Source of the DNA: Toensbergia leucococca
Lineage: Eukaryota
Direction: 5' to 3'
Assembly (NCBI GenBank): GCA_022813965.1
Contig: JALDZS010000079.1
Span: 62,001 to 97,313, forward strand
Length of the DNA stretch: 35,313 nt
Shown here: one piece after another, positions 25,147 to 35,313 of the stretch
How the letters are laid out: every line of letters begins with the position of its first letter
Numbering within the stretch: the stretch's first letter is position 1
The notes under the pieces: generated by a model
Database searches by the model: none
What the model was told of the DNA's origin: nothing
The model's input: only the letters and a program-made list of their open reading frames with translations
Made by a program: the position numbers and the translations under genes

Positions 25147-26128
25147 CTATCATTTGTCATAGATTTGAAAGCGCTGGTGCTCCAATCGGATATGTGCATA
25201 AGTGTAATGAATGGGGTGGGCCATGATGACTGGACTGGTACAAGCTGCTGGCTCCACAGATACTGCTGAGTTGCATCACTATCTATTGCTGATACCTATT
25301 CGCCGTTGTGATCATGTGTTTCGGGAGCCTTTGCGGCCGATGTAACCGGATCAGAATTGCCTAGAGGCATGCGCATGTGGAGTGGAGCTGCGGCGATGAA
25401 GTAGCAAAGGCAAGTCTGAGCCACCTCGGCTCATCTTAAAAGTAACGCACAACCAGGGGAATGTAATGGTCAGCGCTTTTGCATCGTACGTCCGCTGGGT
25501 CATATTAAACGAGGGTGGTTTCACAAAGAGTTCTACCTATTTAGAACCTAAAAGATATCCGTCTAGGCTGAATTCAAAATGTACTTGTGCACTGTGTTCT
25601 CTTGACGCACTCATAGCTAAGGTACCGGTATGTCTACCTAGTCTTGAATTAGATGCAATTCAGCCAGCCAGTGAAGGTCAATCTTGACCTGACCTGGCCG
25701 AGAGTATTTCTATCGTGTGGAATACTAATGATTTAGCAAGCTCCCAATTCATTTGATGATCGCTTTGCACCTCGCAAATACTTGCCGTGGCGAAATAGAC
25801 TCAGTAGCCTAATTCTGACACGTTTTTTTCGACGTCCTATCTTGGAGGAACTACGATACCATCTAACCCATGAATAATGCCAAGCGCGAACGATAGAGGC
25901 TTTCCCAATTCGGGGCTTCGATCGTTGGCGCCATGCCACTAGGCGGAGGGCGGCGGTTGATGATTCTGATGCAAAGGAGCGACTAGATCATTGAATATTG
26001 CAGTCCCTTGCGAAGACAAACACCAAAGCTTCACTCAGCGATGACAATGTGATGTCGAGAATCATCGAAGACTAATCAGCGTCCGCGAGTGGGATTTCCA
26101 AGGATATCATCAGACCGGTCCAGACATG

Positions 26129-28809
26129 TCAGGTTCCACATTCTGGTATCACGTCCATTTCAAGTGTCTTCATCAACTCTATCTGCTGTTCTTGGGTGAG
26201 GCTTTGAAATTGCTGTCGTGACTGGTATGGGCTATGGAGATACTGCGAATACTGATCGCCAATTGACGCAAGATGATGTTGCTGATCCGTGTGTGGTATG
26301 AAATACGCCGCGCTTAAAGCTCTTGGAGACGATGCTGAATAATTCGGATCCCAGTGGTTTAACCCTACGAATTTTGATGGGAAAGTGTTGTACAATGAGT
26401 TAGTGTCGAACAGTGCACCTTGTGACAGCGGGTCAAAGTTGAAGGTAGCCCGCTCTATCGCCTCGTTTTGCGAGTTACTCGATTGACTGGATTTGGACAG
26501 ATTGCCATCTAGATGGGCCGTTGCGCTTTGAATATCATCATCCAGGCGCTGGTGATGTTCAATGACATAACCGAACGGTGAGGAGTGGTCGATGCTTTGG
26601 ACATTTTGTGTTGAGGAAAGCGAACTCGTGATTGTCGATGGACTCGAGAATGCATGCGGCGTGACAGCATCCTGTAGTGACGCAGGTGATGACTTGTTAG
26701 AAGGTGAGCTAACAACGTATGAGGTTCCAGAATTTCCATCGTATGCCTTAAGGCATGCTGTGATGAGGTTGTCATAAAGTTCGAGGGCTGATTCGACTCC
26801 AGGCCACCGCTCTGAAGCAAGGTAAATCGACTCTAGAACCGTGTTCAAATGGCGCTCAACCTCACCTTTGGGATGCTCCTTTCGTATCTCTGAGTACGAC
26901 AGAGTCCAAAGGACAGTGTTAAGCGACAAGAAAACGGATTGGGTAAATATCCAAGTAAGGTCGATTGATCCACTGGCAATCTCTTCCCTTTGCAAGTAAA
27001 TGTTGAACCTGGATGCTTCAAAGCACACCTCTGCAGCGTGAGCTGATGGTTCCGGTATCTGGGGCGAGGGCCGATACAAGAAAATTACCATAGTATTGTA
27101 CCTGCCCCGGAACCTAAGATAAACCTCAGAACTGCTACAGTGGCATGAATGTAGGACTTCAATCACGTCCTCGCAGAGACCAGTGATGTTATGTGGAAGC
27201 TAGGGAACTTCACCAATGGAGGGAATACAGAAGAGGCATACGTACCAGGCTTCGCTCAACCCACTTCCTTCGTCATTGTTCGGACTTGATGATCGCCAAT
27301 CCTCGAGCTTTATCTCCATCGCTTTATACCAAGGATCATGGTCACTTTTCGGCTCCGGCTTTTTTTTCAAGTAGAGCGTGCGCCTTATCTCTGCTTGTAG
27401 CAATCTCATCTTGAAGAAATGTATCGCAATACGCTTTTTAATGGAAGGAGGACTTTTTGGCAGAACCCCAGCAGAGGTGATGAACTGATCGTCCACAGCC
27501 TCGAAAAATCCAACGTCGATGTGGCCATGACTAGTGCCAAGAGAACTGGGTCTACCAAGACTGTGAGCCAGGCCGAATTCCATTGATGTGATGATCCAGA
27601 AGAGGCGTCGCCGCATATCGATATCAAGTGCGTTGGCTTGCAGACTAGGCTCTTTTTGTACAACTGTGGCCTCTTCAGTGATCCCGAGATCCTGGGCCAG
27701 TCTTGTTGCCAAGCCAACCACCCAATATGATGCTGTTCTAGTTGGCGTCACCAAGGAATACTGGGCTATCAAGGCGAAGCATTGCAAAGTACCAAGATTC
27801 ATAGGTCTAATAGCATCTTGTAGGTAAGGCAGTGCTGCAAGATAGTAGCTATCCGCAAGTCCCGCATACCGTTTGTCAAGTTTTTGCATGCTGATAGCTA
27901 GCACCATGCGCAGAGTAAAATTCTTGTAGCCATCCATAGACCCATGGTATACGTCTTCGACGACTCTGCGGAACGAAGGCTCATGTAGAGTAGGCAGCAT
28001 ATACTGAGCTAGCAAGTGTGAATAAATCATTGCTACGAGGGAGCCAGAACACTACACATACCTTTCTGATTAAAATTCTCTACCAATCTCTCGGTCAATT
28101 CTCGTGTGGGTAAATCTGGTGCGGCAACGTCGCTGATCAAAGGGTAAACTTTGGACGTTGGCTTGGAACTCTCCCTAATGAAGCAGTCCTTGATCTGCCG
28201 AGCCTTTTTATATGGAACAACTTCCCTGATACTTTTCGTATCTGTGTTCTGCTTGGCCAGCTCCATCACCAAACGCGTCATAGCGATTCCACTAGATGGA
28301 CCCAAGAATCTGTATTCATCCGTTTCATTGAACCTCACTCGTCCAGGGTTACGGATCATGATCTCTGCATCGAGAGATGTGACATGCTCGTTTCCGAGCT
28401 GAGCAAGCTCCGCTTCCAATGCTTGAACTTTACTTTGCAAGTGTGTGACATAGGTTCTCGGAACCTTCTTTCCCTTGGTAGCATCGAAGTATTCACAGAT
28501 TGCATTACTTCGTTCACAAGGGCCACAGCGAGGTAAAAGAACATCACACCTTCTACTGTAAGCCTAGGAACAAACGGCGAGAAACACCCCGTACCTGGTT
28601 TTGCGCTGGGGTTGATTAGTAAAGCGTCTTCGAGTAGACAATGGGCTTAACGATGCACATACCTGTCTACAACGACAACAGGCGGTTAAAGTATGAGCTT
28701 TTGAACTAGTCGGAGTATGATTCTGGAACGAACCCCCGTGAGCCTCGTATAGGTTCTGTTTATTACCTGCGTTCATGGAGCGCCGTAGCGAGGAACGGTC
28801 TGCGTCCAT
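26129..28809 (-). CDS. Zn(II)2Cys6 transcription factor with a fungal-specific TF (MHR) domain, PPR1/UaY-like architecture
   Basis: Exons 28809-28663, 28605-28595 (11 nt), 28549-28062, 28008-27246, 27113-26129. Zn cluster ACCRCRQRKTRCDVLLPRCGPCERSNAIC; MHR motifs GLATRLAQDLG and RRRLFWIITSMEFGLAHSLGRP; LYRPSPQIP. Confidence 0.92.
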
Positions 28810-29278
28810 TAGGACATAGACTGAAAGTCATCTAGTCCCTCTTTCTACCAGTGCCATAACAGCCCGCGCAAAAGCTTCTTCATCCTGTGGACCCTACCTT
28901 ATCAATCGGATCCTTAGCATTAACAAACCAACACCAAGGTATTGAAGGATGATGTTGAAATATAGTCGGCGCTGTCGATCAGTTTAAAGGCCGTTGGGTT
29001 CGACCTTGTGGCGTTTCACTAAGCATCTTCACCCCGCACCACAGAAGCTGCACCACTAGGTACCGAGTACGTACCTACCTACTTTAAAAGCGAAGGTAGA
29101 TACTCACCTACCTTCAGTCCCCCATTCAGCTTGCCTAGGATTTTCATTTCAACCCTCACTTTGGATAAATCCCAACCATTTGGTGTTGTCACCGCTCTAT
29201 CTTTCTGCAAGCCTTCGGCGTCTCATTGAAATCCTTGTCGCTGTGTGCAATTGCTCTGTTTCTACGTGCTTCTTAGTC

Positions 29279-31384
29279 ATGGCTCTGGCTAGCCGCTTCG
29301 ACACACCATTTTTGCGCGTTAGTCGACCAGTCTCAGCATGCTCGAGATGCCGTTCTGCAAAGATTGTACGGTCTCGCTCAGCCATGATCAGTCTCTGAGT
29401 TTGCTATTGATCAGTGTAGAAATGTGACGGGAAATTACCTGTGTGCTCCGCATGTGAACGATCAGGCAGAAGTGGACAGTGCTCTAGTGCCAACGACCAA
29501 TTTGCCAAAGGAAGGGAGCGAAGCTATGTTGCGTCCCTTGAGGCCCGAGTTGAGAAACTTGAGCAACAGATCGCGCAGGCCAAGAATCGAAAGCTCTCCC
29601 TAGCCATAGTCGACCCGTTGCCGTCTCAACCTAGTCAGCCATTCGAAACTCACTTTGCCAGTGGTGGAAAGAAGGCCCAGCGTAAGGAGGCGTCAGATGT
29701 GGACGACCTTGTGTCAGATTTTGGATTCTTGTGAGTATCCAGCTTTGTCGTATCGCTGAAGAATTTCTGGTCTCCTGACCGTATAGAGCCGTCAACGCCA
29801 CGGCGAGAGATTTTCATGGTTTCACAAAGGAAATGTCTTTTGCCCGACTGGTCATCTCAACCTCCGCGGTGTCAGAGATGCCCAGATACAAGATCAACGT
29901 GCTTCCGCCTCGACACGCAGCAACTACACTAATCCAGCATTACCTTGACAGTGTCTTTGTTCTTTACCCTTCATTATCTGAAGTGACAGTCTTTGGATCT
30001 TTGGATGCCATCTATCAGCATGCAGGTCGGTACGCTTCATCAATAGACCATTGGACTGTTCGGATGGTCCTCGCTATTGCACTCATGTCCCTTTCGCGTT
30101 CAAAAGATGACGCCCAGTATCAAGCTGGCATTCTCCATGCTGCTGCGGCATTAGAGCGAGTAGAGTCTGTGCTTCACCCAGGGTCAGTGCAGGGAATTCA
30201 AGCTATTCTTCTATTGGTTCATTTCTCCACGCTAGACCCGTATCATTTCAATAGTTGGTACCTGATCGGGGTCGCTTCTCGCGCCATGGTAGATCTTGGA
30301 CTGCACCAAGATCCACAGCAGGAGATTTGTAGGAAAGATTCACAACTTGATCTACGACGACGTGTATACCATTGTGTCTACACACTTGACAGGTTATTGC
30401 CCGTGCATTCTGGGCCACTCGTCAAGGTCATGCTGATAGGCATATAGAGCAATCAGCATGGTACACCTGCGAGCTTTCTCTTTCACTGATGATAGTGCAA
30501 ACATCGCGTTTTGCAGTACAACAAATGGATCAGATTTTCTAGTGCCGAGTCCGAGAAAGCATCTTTTGCCCGCCCTAGATCCTGCCCTGCAATTGCTTGA
30601 ATTCCGACAGATCCAGTCAGCCTGGTATCAAGACCTATTTCAGTCAAGTCGCCAAGGATTGGAGGAACCATGGCAGTATTTGTGTTCTGCATTGCACAAC
30701 ATGCACTCCTGGGAAGTGGCACTCCCCCTGTCAACTGAGAGCCCTATCAAAAAGCTTTTTCGCTTGGAAGTCCTCTACAGCAGTATACTTTTGCTATCAC
30801 CATCACCATCGATAGAGAGGGTTTATGATTATAACAAAGCTTTAATTTTTAAATTTGCCATAGACTATGCGGAAACGGTGTCATCATCCAATGAAGGTTC
30901 GGAGAGGTCGGTATTTCACACCTTTCACGATCTAAAACGCACCGCGTTCGTTGGAAAAGCTATTCTCGGTGTTTTGCAGGAAACACCAAACCAGATCCTT
31001 AGCGGTGTCGTACCCTCTCCCCCCTCAAATCTTAAGAGTATCGTTCCACCTCCACTGACAGGGATAGAGAACAGCGAAGTGTTGAGCCAAGCTATCGCCT
31101 GTTTAGAGCGACTTGATAAGGTTTTAGAAGCTTCTGGAACAAGATTTGGGTATCCATCACTTCACGACGAATTCAGGGTACAGTCGTGTAACGTACAGCG
31201 TATGCTACATGCGCGCCGCAATGGACGGGCTGGGTTCTCGGGGAATGAAATTACTCAAGATTCTCGTACAGCAAATCAAGATGAAGTCTTTGATATTAAC
31301 AGAGATTTTTTCTGGAGCCCTGCCGGGAATATGATGTCTCAGGCATCGTTAGACTTTAATGACACAAAATCCCTCCGCTTTTGA
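29279..31384 (+). CDS. Zn(II)2Cys6 transcription factor with a fungal-specific TF (MHR) domain
   Basis: Exons 29279-29365, 29420-29730, 29787-30392, 30448-31384. Zn cluster ACSRCRSAKIKCDGKLPVCSACERSGRSGQC, coiled coil YVASLEARVEKLE, MHR motifs GVASRAMVDLGLHQD and RRRVYHCVYTLDR. Confidence 0.92.
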
Positions 31385-31868
31385 GAGGGTTCCACCATCC
31401 TAAACAACTCTTATCCAGCGAACTCTTTGTCGTTCAGTTGCAAGATTACGAAGGAGAAAAATCATGCCTTAGTACTACACCCTGACTCAAATCCCCCCAC
31501 CCGGTGGGTAATGGATAGGTGGTGGATGAAAACGCGTCAGTATTGCGCCTCGGAGTTGAAGGATGAGGTGGAGAGTCGAGTGAGAATGTGGTAGTGATTC
31601 ACGATAACATTCTATGTATGGATGCTCCGAAATGGCACGCGAATCGAAAGTTAGATGGAATGCAAAAGCGGTAGAGAATTAGGTCAAAATGTGGTGCGAA
31701 ATCGCGATGATTTCCTATGCGCCTAGTGAGCATGTAGCAAAAGGGGGTGTCGCCGTATCCGTATTCTATTAGAGTTTAGCGTGCCATTCGCCTAAGCCAT
31801 TTTGGATTAATACTGTTTTCCATCTTGATAAGTTGGAGAATTTTCTATCTTTCCACTCTCTTCAAAGA

Positions 31869-34238
31869 ATGACGAAGCGGAAACAATCCACATTTGCAGT
31901 AGGTGATGCTGCCTTAGCCGATCAACATCTTGTTTCCAGCGCCAGAACCTCAAATACACCACCGCTGAGTTCCAACACTAGCACAGCCAGAAACCCTGAG
32001 CCTTCTACCTCTGCACTGATAATATGCCGTAACAAGTATGAGATTGCTACTTCCTAAGGCACATGAAACAACTGCTAACGCCATCTTCCACCTCACAGGC
32101 ATTGGCGATATATCTCGTCATTCCATGGACCTTGGCTGCAATTACCCCCCGAAGTCCTCGAATCCCTTGCCTACAGCAATTACAGCTCACCTCGCCCTCG
32201 ACCAATCGACCCTGCTGTCTTCTTTGACCTAGTCAAGATCCGTCATCTTGTCCAAGATGCAACCGATCTTGCTGTCCGAGCAGCGAATGGCACGACTTCG
32301 TCCTCTCTACCTAGTAACCTGGCTGCTGGTCACGGCTTTCTGGGTGGTGGAGGCGCAGCCGCATTAGGCCTAGGCATTGGTGGAGCCGGGGCAAACGCAA
32401 AGTTGAGTAGAGAGAGGAAACATCGGATGCGAGAATTAGCAACCCAAAAGCTTTCCCACGCATATCGTCTCGATGAAATCGCTGCTAGTGTGGCTACAAT
32501 GCAATCAGCTTCCCCGCTTGAAGATGTGGCAAAGCTGGTCTTGCAAAGAAGTGCAAATGACAATGACGCGAAATACGTTCATTTCTTCCACGAGAAAATT
32601 CCCTCTAGAATGCTAGCGGAGTGCACTAGCCTACAGCCACTAGACGATATTGTACAAGACCAATCCACGAACGGCGCGCCTCTACGAACTAGGGCTGTAA
32701 CAAGGATGTTTAAAGATGATTTTGCAGGCGCAGCCAGAGATTTGACTGAAGGACTTGCTATCGCCCGGTGCATGACAGCGCAGCACAACGCAGGTAGGGG
32801 CCAGCTACAGTTGGCGAACGCTCTAGGTGGCGCGGAGAGGAGGAAGGGGGGTGCGCTAGACTGGAAATCCGACGTAAAGATAGAGGAAGATGATCAGCCA
32901 TGTAGCCTTGAGCCACAACTTTTGTTCCACCGAGCGGGGGTTTATCTTGCCCTCGCCTGCCAGCAGATCCACGATTCTCTTCTTGAACCAGATCATGTGA
33001 TAGACAGCATGCGCAGAAATGATTTGGTGACTGCTTCCGTCCCGGCAGAAAGGGATATCCACATAATTCGACGTGAAGCACGTAAGGTAATTAAAAACAA
33101 TGCTAAACGTGCTCTCCGGGATTATATAGGCTTCGTTTCATATTTCGATTATACCTCTGGGTTGTCATCTGAGGCTGCGGAGGATTGCTTTCAGAAGGCA
33201 GACACTGCAAGCAATGGTTCCGCGAGCTCGACACGATCCAAAGGACTCTCTAAGAATGAACTCCTGGAAATGTCCGGGAATTCGAGTCTTAGCAATGGAG
33301 ACTTATCTGATGCACTCATTCCTTTTGAGCGAGATGAGGCTCATCGTCAAAATGGAAACACTTTTCCTAATGCATCCACCTTACCTACGGTCCCAGAGCC
33401 AGAAGTACACCCCGTCTCATCCCTTTTCTCGTCTACCCCTCCCTCAAATCTACCGCCTTACCCTGCGACGTCGCAGGCATTGGTTTCTAGGAAACAATCA
33501 TCCCACTATCTTAATTCAAGCATTGCTAATCACCAGCTCTTGCCACATTCTGGGCATCAGGAAGCAATAACATATCATCCTCTCCTCACAGATGCACTGC
33601 ACTCTATACTACTATGTCATTCGCTCATGCAAACATCTCCAAAGGAGCATCTACGTCATGCTCACATGGTTGCCCGTCTCGTACGAGTATGTGATGGCTA
33701 TCCAATTTTTCTCGCAGCTCGCTCTCCTAGTCGTGCTGATTGGATTGAAGTGGTTCGTCGTGCCAACAATTGGATTGGGCTACAAGAATCGTGGGATATT
33801 TTATGTTCGCCTGCTCCGTTGCCGGGGTATGCCGGATCGAGCAAGAAGGAAGAGACAGAGGAGCAAATGAAGGAACGCCATAGACAGGAAGCCATTATGG
33901 AAGCATTGGCCGATGAGCGCGTACACGATGAAGCGAGCTTCCAAGCTGCAGTGGCCGCAAGAGAGCGAAGGGCAGGCGACCAAAGAAAGGAGGAACTTGG
34001 TCAAAACTCGAACGGACCAAAGCGATGGGCTCAGGAGGATGGGAAGGAATATGCTATCAGTACTGAGAGGGCGGAAGCCGTCGCGAGATGGGTAAGGGAG
34101 GCGCCTTTGACTTTTGAAAGTGCCGGCAAGCCGAAGCGAAGGCCCAGAAACGGGAAATCAAAGACGGAAAGTAAGTCAGGCATACAAGGGATAAGCACAG
34201 AATTTAGTCACTTGAGTGTTGGCACTGAGTCAGCTTGA
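31869..34238 (+). CDS. Hypothetical protein with TPR-like helices
   Basis: ATG at 31869; intron 32036-32098 (GTATGA..GCTAAC..CAG) joins LIICRNK|HWRYISSFHGPWLQLPPE in frame with the 611-aa ORF. TPR-like segments RAVTRMFKDDFAGAARDLTEGL and QLLFHRAGVYLALAC. Confidence 0.85.
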
Positions 34239-34254
34239 GACAAGGCAGAGTTAG

Positions 34255-35135
34255 ATAATAAGAATAAAATCTTTATTAATATTGAGCTCTGAATACTCTA
34301 ATACCACATGTTAGAATTTGTTGCAGATTTATTACTATACTTGAATGTATATAATGTCTTAATAAACATAAGATTTTATTATTCTAACACCTTATATTAA
34401 TAATCTCACACCCTTATTTTAATATTCTAATAGCCTTTCTATCACCATCAAATTCAGTAATAGTATCTTTAAGTGTATAAAGAATAATTATGATTCTGCA
34501 TCACATTTTAAGTTGTTTCTCACTTCTTTTACATGTTATCTACCTTCTCAATTGCATGTTCTTTAGTAGTAAGCTTTATCTTAAAGTTCTTTATAATTTT
34601 TTATCTTATTCTAACTTAATTTCTCTTACTCTTAAATAAATGATTACTCTCTGAGTGCATAGATAATTATTATAATTTTACATTACATTAACACTAAAAT
34701 TTTCTATTACTATGCAAGTTATTTACTTGTTTTATTTATATACTATCTAAAAGCATAAATTTTCAAGAAAAATATAATAGTGTAAACTTAATGTTTTAAA
34801 GTAATAATACATGTACACCTTCTTTTATCGTCTGTATATCTCTCTCTCTTCAGATATAATATTACTGAGAGAAAACCTTTATTTTTTATCACATTCTATC
34901 TTAATTCTTTAGAACTTTGCAAGTCAGTTATCTGTTTCAATTACATGTTATCTATTATCTGAGAAGTTATTCTGATATTTTATCATATTTTTATCTAATT
35001 CTTTATTATAAATTCTGAATTTTTCTTACTCAATAAACTTAAACTCTTATCTTTATCTAATAAACTTAAACTTTCTTCTTTACTCTTACTTACACTTATA
35101 AGTCTTGCTTCTCTTACAGCTTTACTAAACATAAA
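34255..35135. repeat. AT-rich, TpA-rich degenerate block, probably a RIP-mutated repeat or transposon relic
   Basis: Abrupt drop in GC, abundant TA, almost no CpG, no ORFs; purine-rich minus strand. The original element cannot be identified by eye. Confidence 0.7.
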
Positions 35136-35313
35136 TGTCACGGTTCTATCTTAGGTTAGCGTCCCCGGGCCCGGATCATCGATTGTTCCGGCCTCACACA
35201 CTAGATATTCGCGATCCTAGCACGTAGAACGGCAGCGAGACAGCAACATAGGAAGGGGATCACCAACTATCATTTTGAACCCTAACAATTGGTAGCAACA
35301 GCATAGGCACGAT
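35136..35313. mobile_element. Probable edge of an LTR (Ty3/gypsy-like) inserted into the AT-rich block; truncated by the window end
   Basis: Composition switches sharply back to ordinary GC exactly at TGTCACGG. TGTCAC/TGTTAC is a typical terminus of fungal Ty3/gypsy LTRs. The candidate 5-bp target-site duplication is ATAAA (35131-35135). Confidence 0.6.

Noticed and set aside
25223..25292. C/D-box snoRNA-like pattern (ATGATGA ... CTGA ... CTGA) downstream of the ASNSD1-like gene
   Set aside because: No convincing terminal stem. The short rRNA-complementary stretch (GCTGCTGGC) is not adjacent to a D box. Probably 3' UTR.
28985..29020. GGTTCGA T-loop-like motif in the TF intergenic region
   Set aside because: No cloverleaf or acceptor stem can be built, so it is not a tRNA.
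28810..29278. Search for PPR1/UaY-type TCGG-N6-CCGA autoregulatory sites
   Set aside because: Only isolated CGG/CCG triplets were found, with no correctly spaced pair.
14600..31384. Idea that the MpaB-like gene and the Zn2Cys6 factors mark a secondary-metabolite cluster
   Set aside because: No PKS, NRPS, terpene synthase, prenyltransferase or transporter is present; the intervening genes are housekeeping.

Overview
Gene-dense, intron-containing eukaryotic DNA from a filamentous ascomycete (Pezizomycotina), inferred from short GT-AG introns with CTRAY branch sites and Zn2Cys6 factors. I reconstructed 13 spliced genes by hand. In order: a 3'-truncated glutaredoxin-like gene, an alpha/beta hydrolase, a sterol-desaturase-like protein, RPL6 head-to-head with RPN13, SFH1 with a C-terminal GATA-type finger, a small hypothetical gene, DPP3, VPS9 head-to-head with an ASNSD1-like gene, two divergent Zn2Cys6 transcription factors, and a TPR-like hypothetical gene. 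A decayed island at about 12.0-15.7 kb holds two divergent pseudogenes (a multi-pass membrane protein and an MpaB/DUF2236-like oxygenase). The window ends in AT-rich, RIP-like DNA carrying a probable young LTR. No novel system is evident. The best leads are a dense CTATTG (HMG/MAT-like) motif cluster with a 13-bp inverted repeat, the paired TFs, and hidden alternative-splicing signals in RPL6, RPN13 and the Zn-cluster exons. Family assignments come from motif recognition, not database searches.
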